Assembly: GCA_031360075.1 (NCBI GenBank)
Contig: JANMAX010000316.1
Location: 1-52,123 of the forward strand
Reading direction: 5' to 3'
Source of the DNA: a bacterium
Lineage (GTDB): Bacteria > Eisenbacteria > RBG-16-71-46
DNA: 52,123 nucleotides
A program made the position numbers and the translations under genes. The notes below the pieces were generated by a model. That model did no database searches. It saw nothing but the letters and a program-made list of their open reading frames with translations, and was not told the origin of the DNA. This document shows, piece by piece, positions 9,035-21,569 of this stretch. Positions within the stretch are counted from its first letter, which is position 1; every line of letters begins with the position of its first letter.

Positions 9035-10369
9035 TCACGAACCACTCCTGTACGCCGGGCGCTCGATGCCGGCGCCGGACCGCGGCCCGGCGAGCACCAC
9101 CTGCAGCAGGCCCACCGTGCGCTCGAGGAAGCCAGCCTCGCAATAGCAGAAGTACCACTGCCACAGCCGGCGGAACGTGTCGTCAAAGCCCATCGCCGCG
9201 AGGTCACCGGCGTGCGACTCGAAGCGCGTGCGCCACTCGCGCAGCGTGCGCGCGTAGTGCGGTGCCAGGTCCTCGGCGTGGTCGATGCGCAGGGCGGTGG
9301 CCCCGGCCGCGGCGGTGATGGCGCGCAGCGACGGCAGCGCGCTGCCCGGGAAGATGTGCTTCTGGATGAAGTCGACGTTGGCGCGATAGGTCTTCTCGGC
9401 GTGATCCGGGATGGTGATGGCCTGCAGCAGTGCCAGACCATCGGGCGCCAGCGTACGATCGATGACCGAGAAGTACTCGTCCAGATGGTCGTAGCCCACA
9501 GCCTCGATCATCTCGATGCTGACGAGGCGGTCGTAGCGCTTGCCGGCGGCAGGCAGGTCGCGGTAGTCCGATTCGAGCAGCGTGATGCGGTCCGCGAGTC
9601 CCGCCCGCTCGAACGCTGCGCGCGCGAACGCCGCCTGCTCGCGGCTGATGGTCGTGGTCGTGACGCGCGCGCCGCGGCGTGCGGCGTGCAGCGCGAACCC
9701 GCCCCAGCCCGTACCGATCTCGAGCACTTCGTGACCGGGTCGCAGTCCCAGCTTGTCGCAGACCACGTCGAGCTTGTGCGCGGCGGCTTGTTCGAGCGTG
9801 GCATCGGCGTGCGGCCACAGTGCGCACGAGTACATGCGCGTCGGGTCCAGGAACAGTGCGAAGAAGTCGTTGCCGAGGTCGTAGTGCGCGGCGATGTTCC
9901 GCCGGCTGCCGTGCCGCGTGTTCCCCTGCAGCGCATGCAGGATACGCAGGGCGGGCGAGCGCAGGCGTGCGAGCCCGCGCTCCAGACCGCACAGCGCGTC
10001 GCGATCGCGCGCCAGGATGCGCACGAGCGTGGTCAGGTCGTCCGTGTCCCACTCGCCGCGAGCGAAGGACTCGGCTGCGCCCAGCGCGCCTCCGGTGGCG
10101 ATCTCGAGCCAGAAGCGCGGGTCGTGCACGGCGATACTCGCGGTGAGTCCGGCCGCGTCATGCGCATCGCCCGCGCCGACGGTCCCCAGCGCGTGCTCGC
10201 GAGCGCCTTCCTGCAGCATGATGCGGCCGCCACGAACATCTGCCAGCTTGGCGAGAACGCCGTCGCGGGCCAGCCGTACGCTCAGCGACGGTGCCGCGCT
10301 GCCGTGCCTGGCGCTGGCCGGGCGGTCACTCGCGCGCCGGTCGCTCACCGGTTTCAGGAGCGTCGTCAT
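9035..10369 (-). CDS. cfa: cyclopropane-fatty-acyl-phospholipid synthase family SAM methyltransferase
   Basis: NIAAHYDLGNDFF, MYSCA, LEIGTGWG, SIEMIEAVG and YFCYCEAGF motifs; ATGA overlap with the upstream gene. Confidence 0.9.
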   Translation of the reverse strand: MTTLLKPVSDRRASDRPASARHGSAAPSLSVRLARDGVLAKLADVRGGRIMLQEGAREHALGTVGAGDAHDAAGLTASIAVHDPRFWLEIATGGALGAAESFARGEWDTDDLTTLVRILARDRDALCGLERGLARLRSPALRILHALQGNTRHGSRRNIAAHYDLGNDFFALFLDPTRMYSCALWPHADATLEQAAAHKLDVVCDKLGLRPGHEVLEIGTGWGGFALHAARRGARVTTTTISREQAAFARAAFERAGLADRITLLESDYRDLPAAGKRYDRLVSIEMIEAVGYDHLDEYFSVIDRTLAPDGLALLQAITIPDHAEKTYRANVDFIQKHIFPGSALPSLRAITAAAGATALRIDHAEDLAPHYARTLREWRTRFESHAGDLAAMGFDDTFRRLWQWYFCYCEAGFLERTVGLLQVVLAGPRSGAGIERPAYRSGS

Positions 10370-11139
10370 CGGGGCGCTCCCGGGGCCGGCGCTGGCGGCG
10401 GGTCCTTGGCGTCGCCCGGATGCGGATGGTAGGGGACGCGCTTCCACCACAGCAGCAGCGCGTGCGCGTAGATTCCGGCCAGCACCAGCAGCGTCATGGC
10501 CGGGTGACGGGCGATGGTCCCGAGCAGCGCCCGTGTTCCGAGCGCGCGGCGTTCGAGTACCAAGGCGGCGGTGAAGCCCGCACTGTCCTCGCCGTGGTTC
10601 GCCGCGGCCACCGCTAGCGTGCTGCCCGGCACGGTGAAACGGAACTCGTGCGAGAGCCGCATGCCGATGAACGGCGAGACATGGAACGCCTTGGGGACCT
10701 TGAAGCGTAGTGCGCCCGTGCGCGCGTCGAACACGTAGCAGTGGCGCTGGTTCCACGGCGTGTTGTTGATCTCGGCGACGATGGCCTCGAGCCGTTCGCC
10801 GCCGGCCGCGAAGCAGTAGTAAAAACTCACCGGATTGAACGCCAGGCCGAACGTGCGCGGATGAGTCAGCAACCGCACCGCGCCCGCGGGCCGGAACCCG
10901 AGCCGCTCGTGCACGAGCGCGCGGATCGATTCAGCGAGCGGCTGGCGCGGATCGCCCGAGTAGTCAGCACGGCGGAACCACAGCAGCGCGGGCCAGCGCG
11001 ACAGCAACGGCCACGGCCGGCAGGCCTGCGTCACCTCATCGAGGTCCAGGTAGAGCATGTAGAGCGGCCAGCGGAAGGCGTGACGCACCGGCGTGCGCCG
11101 TTCATGCCGGACGTGCCCGGTGTAGAGCGCGCTGTTCAC
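10366..11139 (-). CDS. DUF1365 family protein
   Basis: HERRTPVRHAF, FNPVSFYYC, EINNTPW and KAFHVSPF motifs; GTGA overlap with the upstream gene. Confidence 0.9.
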   Translation of the reverse strand: MNSALYTGHVRHERRTPVRHAFRWPLYMLYLDLDEVTQACRPWPLLSRWPALLWFRRADYSGDPRQPLAESIRALVHERLGFRPAGAVRLLTHPRTFGLAFNPVSFYYCFAAGGERLEAIVAEINNTPWNQRHCYVFDARTGALRFKVPKAFHVSPFIGMRLSHEFRFTVPGSTLAVAAANHGEDSAGFTAALVLERRALGTRALLGTIARHPAMTLLVLAGIYAHALLLWWKRVPYHPHPGDAKDPPPAPAPGAPR

Positions 11140-12557
11140 GCCGCACTCCCCACGGCTGTGGCGAGTGGCGCGCCGGCGGATCGCGGGCGCGACAGGATGG
11201 CGCGGGCCACGCCCTCGCCGCTCACCAGGCCGTCCTCGTGGAAACCATTGCGCCAGTAGGCACCGCAGAAGTGAATGCGGTCGCGGCCGCTGATCTCGGC
11301 GTGCCGTGCCTGCATCGCGACCGAGGCGCGCGTGAACGCCGGGTGCTCGAACGTGGTGCGCAACAGCACGCGGCCGGGGCCGACGCGGCCGCCGTCGTTG
11401 AGCGTGAGCAGCAGCGGGGTCGCGGTGCGCAGGTTCTGGAGGCGCGACAGGTCGTAAGTGACCGCCACCGGGGCGCCCCGATCGGCGGGCACGTGGTAGT
11501 TCCAACTCGCCCACGCGCGCCGGCGCCGCGGCAGCAGCGAGAAGTCGGTGTGCAGCACCGCGGTGTTGCGGCGGTAGGGGAACGCCGACAGTGCTTCATG
11601 TTCGAGCGGCGTGGGCTCGGCGAGCAGGGCCAGGGCCTGGTCGGCGTGCAGCGCGAGGACGACTTCGTCGAACTGCTCGCGGCCGCTGGCCGCGGCGACT
11701 TCGACGCCGCCCGGCACGCGTTGCACGCGCTGGACGGGTGAGGACAGCCGGATGCGGCCGGCGAACGGCTGCGTGAGCGCGGCGACATAGCGCCGCGCGC
11801 CCCCGGTGACCACACGCCAGCGGAACTGGCGCGAGGGCGGTGCGAGCATGCCGTGGTGGTGCAGGAAGCGCACGAAGAACGCCGCTGGGAACGCCAGCAT
11901 GTCGGATTCACTCGCCGACCAGATCGCGGCGCCCATGGGGATCAGGTATTGGTCGCGGAACTCACGCGGGAAGCGTTCGGCCGCGAGCAGCTGGCCCAAG
12001 GTCGAACCGGCGTGCCGGGCACTGCACCACGCCACGGCGTCGCGATTGAAGCGCGTGATGTCGAGCAGCATGCGCCAGAATGCCGGGCGCAACAGGTTGC
12101 GGCGCTGGGCGAACACGCCGTCGAGCGATTCGCCGGCATATTCGAGTCCGCTCGCCGCATCGCTCACCGAGAAACCCATCGAGGTCGCGGCGGTCTCGAC
12201 GCCGAGCCGTTCGAACATGCGCCTCAAGCCCGGGTAGGTGTGGTGGTTCCACACCATGAAGCCGAGGTCCGCGGCATGACTGCGCGCGGACGGGCTCGGT
12301 TCGCCGATCTTGATACGATCCGCGAACCCGGCTGCGCGCGCCGACGCGGACGCGCTGGCCTGTGCGCCGAGCTTCAGGAGTTCTCGGGCGGGCGGTTCGT
12401 TCAGGGTCGCGTGGATGGCGTCGTCCGGCACATCGACCGTACACGCATGCCCGCCGGCATGCGGCGCCGCCTCGTACAGCGTCAGGTCGTGATCCGGGTG
12501 CAGGCGGGCAGCGGCGGCAAGTCCGGCGATCCCGGTGCCGACGACAGCTATCCTCAT
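11136..12557 (-). CDS. FAD-dependent oxidoreductase (amine oxidase/desaturase-like)
   Basis: Rossmann fold IAVVGTGIAG; DLGFMVWN; WASWNY; GAYWRNGFHEDG; typical first gene of the DUF1365-cfa operon. Confidence 0.9.
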   Translation of the reverse strand: MRIAVVGTGIAGLAAAARLHPDHDLTLYEAAPHAGGHACTVDVPDDAIHATLNEPPARELLKLGAQASASASARAAGFADRIKIGEPSPSARSHAADLGFMVWNHHTYPGLRRMFERLGVETAATSMGFSVSDAASGLEYAGESLDGVFAQRRNLLRPAFWRMLLDITRFNRDAVAWCSARHAGSTLGQLLAAERFPREFRDQYLIPMGAAIWSASESDMLAFPAAFFVRFLHHHGMLAPPSRQFRWRVVTGGARRYVAALTQPFAGRIRLSSPVQRVQRVPGGVEVAAASGREQFDEVVLALHADQALALLAEPTPLEHEALSAFPYRRNTAVLHTDFSLLPRRRRAWASWNYHVPADRGAPVAVTYDLSRLQNLRTATPLLLTLNDGGRVGPGRVLLRTTFEHPAFTRASVAMQARHAEISGRDRIHFCGAYWRNGFHEDGLVSGEGVARAILSRPRSAGAPLATAVGSAA

Positions 12558-12933
12558 GAAGGTTCTCCGGGGGGAAGCCAAGGCGAACCATCAACGGCTG
12601 CCGGCGTTTGTTATGGATGCGGGCGTTTGCCCGAAGACGCAGACCACATGAGCGCGGTCCGCTGGGGCCAGCTGCACAGTTCTGGCAGCACGGTGGCGTG
12701 TGGGGGGGTGGCGAGCACGCCCCGTCACGGGCGTTCATGGGGACACGCTCATCCGGCCGGCCGGGTCTGAGGTCAGTGGGTGCGGGTATGACGCCGGGCT
12801 TGGTGGCGTGGCATCATGCGCCGCTCGCCCGTCATGCAGGCTGTGCCGGGCAGATCAGGTTTCACCCCTGCCCGGATCGCCAGCCAGCGAGCGTGCCACA
12901 CGGCTCGTGGCCCCAACACAGCGAGACCTCCCC

Positions 12934-14277
12934 ATGATCGACCCGACACCGCCCGCCCTGCTGACCGAACTGCTCGACACGCTGCATCCGGCCAATCTGG
13001 CGTTCATGGCAAGCCACCCCGGCGACCCGCCGCGCCGCCAGCCGGTGCACGTCGTCTATGGTGGCGGCCACCTGTTCCGCGCCGAGACGGCGGGCCGGCT
13101 CGGCGAGGTCGCGCGCCGCGCGCTGAGCGAGTACGCACCCGATGCGGCGGCCCTCGATCGCGCGCTCGGACTGGGTGCGCTCGCGGAGGCGGTGTACACG
13201 CGTGTCCAGGACAAGCTCGTGCGCGAGCCGGTCGAGGACTTCCGCATCGACTTCGAGGACGGCTACGGCACGCGTCCCGATGCCGACGAGGACCGGGATG
13301 TCGTGGCGGCGGCTCGCGAAGTCGCCAAGGGGCACGCGGCCGGCACGCTGCCCGGGTGCATCGGCATCCGGGTCAAGCCGCTCACCGAGGAACTGCGCGC
13401 GCGCAGCCTGCGCACGCTGCGGCTGTTCCTCGCCACCGTGCTCGAGTCGGCCGGAAAGCTGCCCGCGAACTTCATCATCACGTGCCCGAAGATCACGGCG
13501 CTCGAGCAGGTGCGAGTGTTCGCCGGGTTGCTCGAGGCGCTCGAATGCGAACTGGGCATCGGCGCCGGTGAGTTGCGCTTCGAGGCCATGATCGAGACGC
13601 CGCAGAACGTCATCGATGCCGACGGCAGCTGCATGATGCCGCGCATGATCGCGGCCGCGGCCGGCCGGCTGCAGGCGGCGCACTTCGGGACCTACGACTA
13701 CACCGCCGCGCTCGGCATCACCGCGGCGCACCAGCGTATGCGGCATCCGGCGTGCGATCACGCCAAGCAGGCCATGCAGGTGTCGTTCGCGGGCACGGGC
13801 GTGTGGCTGTCGGATGGCTCGACCGCGATCCTGCCCGTCGGCCTGCACACCGCGGCCGGGGGCCGTGACTTGTCCCAGGGCCAACGCGCCGAGAACCGCG
13901 CCAGTGTGCATGCCGCATGGCGGCTGCACGCCGACGACGTGCGGCATTCGCTCGCCGGGGGCTTCTACCAAGGCTGGGACCTGCACCCGGCGCAACTGGT
14001 GTCACGCTATGCCGCGGTGTTCGAGTTCTTCCTGGCCGGCCTCGAGCCCGCCAGCGACCGGCTGCGGAACTTCGTCTCGAAGCTGGCGCAGGCCACGCTC
14101 GTGGGTGACGTGTTCGATGACGCGGCCACCGGCCAGGGCCTGCTCAACTACTTCCTGCGCGGGGTGCAGTCCGGGGCGATCAGCGAAGACGAAGCGGTGC
14201 GGCGCTCGGGTCTCACCGTGGACGAGATCCGCGGGCGGTCGTTCGCGGCGATCGTGAAGGCTCGCGCTCGGCCTTGA
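12934..14277 (+). CDS. HpcH/HpaI aldolase-citrate lyase-like protein (DUF6986-type)
   Basis: RQPVHVVYGG, EDFRIDFEDGYG, MIETP, HFGTYDY, LSDGST and QGWDLHPAQL motifs. Confidence 0.75.
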   Translation: MIDPTPPALLTELLDTLHPANLAFMASHPGDPPRRQPVHVVYGGGHLFRAETAGRLGEVARRALSEYAPDAAALDRALGLGALAEAVYTRVQDKLVREPVEDFRIDFEDGYGTRPDADEDRDVVAAAREVAKGHAAGTLPGCIGIRVKPLTEELRARSLRTLRLFLATVLESAGKLPANFIITCPKITALEQVRVFAGLLEALECELGIGAGELRFEAMIETPQNVIDADGSCMMPRMIAAAAGRLQAAHFGTYDYTAALGITAAHQRMRHPACDHAKQAMQVSFAGTGVWLSDGSTAILPVGLHTAAGGRDLSQGQRAENRASVHAAWRLHADDVRHSLAGGFYQGWDLHPAQLVSRYAAVFEFFLAGLEPASDRLRNFVSKLAQATLVGDVFDDAATGQGLLNYFLRGVQSGAISEDEAVRRSGLTVDEIRGRSFAAIVKARARP

Positions 14278-14302
14278 GCGTCCTGCGCGCGCTCGCGGCG
14301 CT

Positions 14303-14650
14303 TCAGCTGCCGCGGTAGGTCGAGTAGCCGAACGGTGACAGCAGCAGCGGCACGTGATGATGCTGGCCGGCGTCGCGAACCTCGAACACCACCACGACCT
14401 GCGGGTGGAAGCTGGCCGCGCCGCGCGCCGCGAAGTACGCCCCGGTCGCGAACGTCAGCCGGTAGCGGCCGGCGGCGGTGAGCGGCGCGAACGCATCGCG
14501 GACCCGGCCATCGGCGTCGGTCGTGGCGCGGCCTTGCGCTGTCCACTGCTCGCCCTCGGCGCGCTCGAGCGTCACGCCCACGCCGGCCGCGGGCGCACCC
14601 GAAGCCAGGTCGAGCACGTGCGTGCTGATGTGGTTGGCGATTGGGTTCAC
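14303..14650 (-). CDS. uraH: 5-hydroxyisourate hydrolase
   Basis: ISTHVLD N-terminus and HVPLLLSPFGYSTYRGS C-terminus (transthyretin-like signature). Confidence 0.95.
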   Translation of the reverse strand: MNPIANHISTHVLDLASGAPAAGVGVTLERAEGEQWTAQGRATTDADGRVRDAFAPLTAAGRYRLTFATGAYFAARGAASFHPQVVVVFEVRDAGQHHHVPLLLSPFGYSTYRGS

Positions 14651-14736
14651 GTGCGCCAGCTTACACTGCGGCGTGCCGCGAGTGCGACCCGTGCCGGACA
14701 CGCCCGCCGGGAGCGCTCGATAAGCCGGCCCGCGCT

Positions 14737-15246
14737 TCAGTCGTCCGCGAGCAGCCGCTCGAGCCGCAGCCGCGTGATCTTGTGCAGTTCAGCCGCGGTG
14801 ATCCGCAGTTCGGTCGCGGCATCGTTCGCCAGCCGCGCACGCAGCGTGGCGAGCATGTCGGCCGCCGAGCGGCCGCTCGCGCACAGGATGAACGTGTGCC
14901 CGAAGCGCGCTTCGTACTCGGCATTTCCCGCCACGAGTGCGCGCCGCGTCGGGTCATCCGCCGCCGTCGCACCGGACTGCTCGCCGGCCGACCACTGGCT
15001 GGCGAGCGCGTTCAGAGCAGCCGCGGCCCGCGCCTCCCCGAGCCGCGGGTGGTGGGCGACCGCGTGCGCGACATCGGCCGGCGGGAGCGCGGCCCAGCAG
15101 CGGTCGGCCAGCGCGAGCAGCGCGTCGCGGTCCCGCCATGGGCGGGCCGCGAGCATGCCTTCGACCCATGCCCGCGCGCCGCAGCAGGCGGTGAGCGTCT
15201 GGCGTGCGTCGTTGTCGGACAGCGCCTCGAGTGCGGCGAACGTCAT
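14737..15246 (-). CDS. uraD: OHCU decarboxylase
   Basis: CCG..W, HPRLG, EQSG, NAEYEARFGHTFILCA and ITRLRL motifs. Confidence 0.92.
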   Translation of the reverse strand: MTFAALEALSDNDARQTLTACCGARAWVEGMLAARPWRDRDALLALADRCWAALPPADVAHAVAHHPRLGEARAAAALNALASQWSAGEQSGATAADDPTRRALVAGNAEYEARFGHTFILCASGRSAADMLATLRARLANDAATELRITAAELHKITRLRLERLLADD

Positions 15247-15253
15247 GGTGTGC

Positions 15254-16249
15254 TCAAGCGGCCGTGCCGAACAGCCGCAGGCGGGCGACGCCGCCGTCGG
15301 GATAGATGTTGAGCCGTACGTGCGTCGCGCGGACCGGGGCGGCGAGGTCCCAGGCGTGCCGGGCGTGCGGTTGCAGCGCCGTCTGCGCGTGCAACGGCTG
15401 CCACTGCACTTGCGAAGCCAGCGCGCCGGGCGTGGCACCCGCCGCATCGCAGTATTCCAGCATCGCCGTGCCGGGCGCGTTGCCCTTGAAGTGATCGGTG
15501 TCGAGTTCGATGCGTTCGAGTGTGCCGCGCACGGCCAGTCGAACGATGCTCCAGTCGTGTCCCGGGCCGCGCCGGCGACGCGTCTCCCAGCCGTCTCCCA
15601 TGTGCGTCGAGCGGCCGGGTAGGATCAGGTTCTGGCGGTGGCCGAAGAACATGTCGCTGCAGCACTCCACATAGCCGCCGTTCTCCACGGCTGCCAGGTC
15701 CAGCATCCGGCCGGGCTTGAACACCTCGGGTGCGGGCCGCGCTTCGCCATGCACGCGCAGCCGGGCGACGCCGCCATCCGGGAAGATGCTGAAGCGCAGG
15801 TGCGTGGTGCGCTCGGCACAGGTCACCGCGAACGCGTTGCGCGTGTCACCCGCTAGCGCTGAGCGCGGCACCAGGGAGTGCCAGCGGATACTCGCGTCGG
15901 CCGCCAGTGCCTCGGGATCCGGCACGCCTTCGAGCGCACAGCCCTCGAGTGTGCAGTGCTCGGGGAAGTTGCCACGGAAGAACGCCGTGTCCACGACGAC
16001 GCCGCGGACGACGCCGGCGAGCCCCAGGCGGATCAGGCACCAGTCGTGGCCGGGGGTGCGCCGTCGGCGCGTCTCCCAGCCGTCCATCCACTTGCCGCGG
16101 TCGGTGTAGTCGTGTTCACGCCATTCGGCGGCGGTGGCCTTGAGCAGTGCTTCTTTCGGGGCGAAGAACTCGTCGTTCGCCAGCAACACCGTGCTGCCCA
16201 GGCGTGCGGCGGCGAGGTCGATCAGGTCGGTGAATGCAGGTTCGCTCAT
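15254..16249 (-). CDS. alc: allantoicase
   Basis: Two repeats, each with DGWETRRRR..GHDW and PDGGVARLR. Confidence 0.95.
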   Translation of the reverse strand: MSEPAFTDLIDLAAARLGSTVLLANDEFFAPKEALLKATAAEWREHDYTDRGKWMDGWETRRRRTPGHDWCLIRLGLAGVVRGVVVDTAFFRGNFPEHCTLEGCALEGVPDPEALAADASIRWHSLVPRSALAGDTRNAFAVTCAERTTHLRFSIFPDGGVARLRVHGEARPAPEVFKPGRMLDLAAVENGGYVECCSDMFFGHRQNLILPGRSTHMGDGWETRRRRGPGHDWSIVRLAVRGTLERIELDTDHFKGNAPGTAMLEYCDAAGATPGALASQVQWQPLHAQTALQPHARHAWDLAAPVRATHVRLNIYPDGGVARLRLFGTAA

Positions 16250-17601
16250 ACGTTGGCGATCTCCCGGTAGAGCAACTGTCCGTGTGTGCCGGTGACACCG
16301 GCACCCTGCGCGAACACACGTTCACCACGCAGGTAGGTGGCGTGGACGACACCAAAAAGTCTGCGGCCGGCGTAAGGGGTGAGCGGGTGGCGGTGCAGGA
16401 GGTGTGCGGGCTCCACCGTGAACTCCTGCTCCGGTGTCCAGATGACGAGGTCGGCGTCGTGCCCGGGTGCGAGCGAGCCCTTGCGGTGCGCGAGCCCCAC
16501 CAAGCGCGCGGGTGCCCCGCACATCCAGCGCGCGAGCCACTCGAGTGGCAGTCCGCGTTCGCGCATGCCGGTCCACACCACGGGCAGCCCCAGTTGCAGC
16601 GAGGCGATACCGCCCCACGCCGCCACGAAGTCGCCGCTGTCGATGGCCTTGAGCGCGGGCGGTGCGGGCGAGTGGTCGGAGACCACTTGGTCGAGCGTGC
16701 CGTCCACGAGTGCTGCCCACAGCGCGTCGCGATCGGCGTGGCCGCGCAGCGGGGGGGCGCACTTGAACGCGGTGGCGCCATCCGCGACGTCGTCGGCGGT
16801 GAACGTCAGGTAGTGCGGACAGGTTTCGGCGGTGATCCGCACGCCGCGCGCGCGCGCCGCCGCGATCAGCGGCACCGCCGCGGCACTCGAGACGTGCACG
16901 ATGTGCACGCGCGCCCGGTGCTGCTCGGCCAGCCGCACGAGCAGTTCGATCGCAGAGGTCTCCGCGCTCACGGGCCGGGTTGCCGCCCAGGCCGCGAAGC
17001 GGCGCGTGCTCACCGGCGAGGCGACCGCGGCGATGGGGCCGGGCAGTTCGGCGTGCGCCATGAGCACCGCACCGAGCGGAGCGAGCCGAGCGAGGGCCAG
17101 GGCCAGGTCGTGTTCGGCGACCGCGGGGAACTCGTCGACGCCCGAGGGCACCAGGAAGCACTTGAAGCCCAGCACGCCCGCTTCGTGCATGCCGGCCAAC
17201 TCGAGCGTCCTGCCGGGCACCACACCGCCAAGGAATCCGACGTCGACCGCGCACTGGCCGTTCGCGGCCGCGCGCTTGGCGCTGAGCGCGTTGCGGCTCA
17301 CGGTGGCGGGGATGCTGTTGAGTGGCATGTCGGCAAACGTCGTCACCCCGCCCGCCGCGGCTGCACGGGTCGCGCTCGCGAAGCCCTCCCAGGCGGTGCG
17401 CCCGGGCTCGTTGACATGCACGTGCGTATCGACCAGCCCCGGCATGACCACGGCGTCGCCGGCTTCGTGCAGCGGCAGGCCGGCGGGCGGGGCGTCGTGC
17501 GCATGGATCGCGACGATGCGCCCGGCGCGGATCTCGAGCGTCGCAGGGCACAGGCCGGCGGGAGTCAGGACGCGATTCGAACGCAGCGCGAGCGTGTTCA
17601 C
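16246..17601 (-). CDS. allB: allantoinase
   Basis: PGLVDTHVHVNEPGR, DMPLNS, ETCPHYL, KCAPP, SDHSP and WGGIASLQ motifs; start reassigned to the GTG at 17601. Confidence 0.93.
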   Translation of the reverse strand: MNTLALRSNRVLTPAGLCPATLEIRAGRIVAIHAHDAPPAGLPLHEAGDAVVMPGLVDTHVHVNEPGRTAWEGFASATRAAAAGGVTTFADMPLNSIPATVSRNALSAKRAAANGQCAVDVGFLGGVVPGRTLELAGMHEAGVLGFKCFLVPSGVDEFPAVAEHDLALALARLAPLGAVLMAHAELPGPIAAVASPVSTRRFAAWAATRPVSAETSAIELLVRLAEQHRARVHIVHVSSAAAVPLIAAARARGVRITAETCPHYLTFTADDVADGATAFKCAPPLRGHADRDALWAALVDGTLDQVVSDHSPAPPALKAIDSGDFVAAWGGIASLQLGLPVVWTGMRERGLPLEWLARWMCGAPARLVGLAHRKGSLAPGHDADLVIWTPEQEFTVEPAHLLHRHPLTPYAGRRLFGVVHATYLRGERVFAQGAGVTGTHGQLLYREIANV

Positions 17602-17686
17602 GATGCAGGTCACCTCTGGATGTCGCGAGCTTCTGGTTCGCCGCGCTGCCGGAGCCATGCGGGGCGGATGGTGGCGCAGCGGTGGT

Positions 17687-18508
17687 TCAGGCGGTGGCGT
17701 CCCAGAACTGACGGACGAGGTTCGCCGCCACTTCGCGACGGTATGCGGCGGTCGAGCGCACATCGTCGATGGGCGCGATCTCGCCCGCGAGCAGCCCGAG
17801 TGCGGATTCCAGCGGCTGCCCGGCGGCCAGGGCCGCCTCGGTGCGCGGCAGACGAACGACCGTGGCGGCGACGCTGCCGAGCGCCAGCCGTGGCGCAGCG
17901 GCGCGCACGCCCGCGAACACGACCTTGGAGATCGCCTGCGCGGCACGCGTGCCGACCTTGCGGAACCATTGCCGGCCTTGCACGGGCGGCACTTCCACCG
18001 CCACGATGAGTTCATCGGCGCGGCGCACACTGGTCCGGTAGCCCGTGTAAAAGTGGTTGAATGGCACCCGGCGATCGCCCTCGGGGCCATGCAGCACGAC
18101 CACCGCGTCGGCAGCCGCGAGCACGGGCAGCGAGTCGCCTGCGGGCGAGCCATTGGCGATGTTGCCGCCGATGCTGCCGCGGTTCTGGATCTGGATGCCA
18201 CCCACCAGGCGCGCGGCCTCGACGAGCATCGGCAGGCGCTGGCGCACGAGCCGCGAGGCCTGCACTTCGGTGAACGTGGCGAGCGCGCCGATCGACAGCA
18301 TGTCGTCCTTGAGCGTGATGCGGTGCAGTGCCTTAAGCGGCGACAGGTCCAGGAAGCGCGTGCCCGGCCGGCCGCCGAACTCCAGTGCGACATAGACGTC
18401 GGTGCAGCCGGCGAGCGGCACGGTGCCGGGTTCCGAGCGCATGATGTCGATCGCGCCCGCCAGCGTGCGCGCGCGGCGCAGCGTCCAGCCCCGCGTGTCC
18501 GTCCTCAC
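17687..18508 (-). CDS. xanthine dehydrogenase family FAD-binding subunit
   Basis: AGCTD, QIQNRGSIGGNIANGSPAGD and PIDDVRSTAAYR motifs; GTGA overlap with the upstream gene. Confidence 0.9.
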   Translation of the reverse strand: MRTDTRGWTLRRARTLAGAIDIMRSEPGTVPLAGCTDVYVALEFGGRPGTRFLDLSPLKALHRITLKDDMLSIGALATFTEVQASRLVRQRLPMLVEAARLVGGIQIQNRGSIGGNIANGSPAGDSLPVLAAADAVVVLHGPEGDRRVPFNHFYTGYRTSVRRADELIVAVEVPPVQGRQWFRKVGTRAAQAISKVVFAGVRAAAPRLALGSVAATVVRLPRTEAALAAGQPLESALGLLAGEIAPIDDVRSTAAYRREVAANLVRQFWDATA

Positions 18509-18953
18509 TGGGCGTGCCTTTCGGCATGCGCGGCGAGCACGGCGCGATGGATGGCTTCGTAGCCAGTGCACCGGCACAGGTTGCCCGCGAGGGCCTCGCG
18601 CATCCTGGCGAGCGATGGCTGCTTCGCGGATTCCACGAGTGCGAGCGCGGCCATGACCACCCCCGGTGTGCAGATGCCGCATTGTGCGCCGACTTCGCGC
18701 AGCATGGCGCGCTGCAACGGATGGTCGCCCGAGAGGCCCTCGATCGTGACGACTTCACAGCCTTCGGCCTGAGCGCACGGGACCAGGCACGAGCACACCG
18801 GTGCGCCGTCGATCAGCACGGTGCACGCGCCGCACTCCCCTTCGCCGCAGCCTTCCTTCGTGCCGGTGAGCGACAGGTCCTCGCGCAGGACATCGAGCAG
18901 GCGCTTGAGCGGGTGCGCGTCGAGTTCGTGCGGCTGCCCGTTGAGCGTGAAGT

Positions 18954-18957
<4 letters not shown>
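18505..18957 (-). CDS. xanthine dehydrogenase family 2Fe-2S subunit
   Basis: GCGEGECGAC, QCGICTPG and NLCRCTGY cysteine motifs. Confidence 0.95.
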
Positions 18958-21133
<2,176 letters not shown>

Positions 21134-21489
21134 CCTGCCACTATAACTCGCGCCGGGGCGGTTTCCCCAGCCGCCAGCAGGCCCGCGTGCAGGGGGACAT
21201 CCGCCAGCTATGCCCGCTGACCCTGTTCCCGTGATCTCGTCACACCTGGCACGGCTCGTTCCCGGTCCCGAGCGGTCCGACCGCGCACTGGCCCGTGCCA
21301 TCGACCGCGACGCGGTCGTGCCCGAGCGCCAGCCGGGCTCGGTGTTGTTCGACGCCGGCCCCACCGTGTTGCGGTTTCCTCTTGCTCGAGGTGCTCGAGG
21401 ACGGCTTGGCGCGTCAGCCGGCTGGGCGAAGACGGCCGTCGAGGCATCCACACGGCTTCTGGGACGCCATCCGAGTCCCGCTCCGAGCG

Positions 21490-21530
21490 AAACAAACGAA
21501 CGGCGCCCTCGTGTACAGGGCGCCGTTCGT
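21490..21530 (-). terminator. intrinsic terminator of the S8 peptidase gene
   Basis: 14-bp perfect stem ACGAACGGCGCCCT/AGGGCGCCGTTCGT (21496-21530), followed by TTGTTT on the minus strand. Confidence 0.85.
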
Positions 21531-21569
21531 GTCACTCGTATCCGGCCGCGAGCGACGGCGCTTCGGGAG

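Noticed and set aside
21134-21489. Purine/xanthine riboswitch upstream of the xdh operon
   Set aside because: No recognisable aptamer consensus, and a -10 element lies 6 nt from the start codon, leaving no leader.
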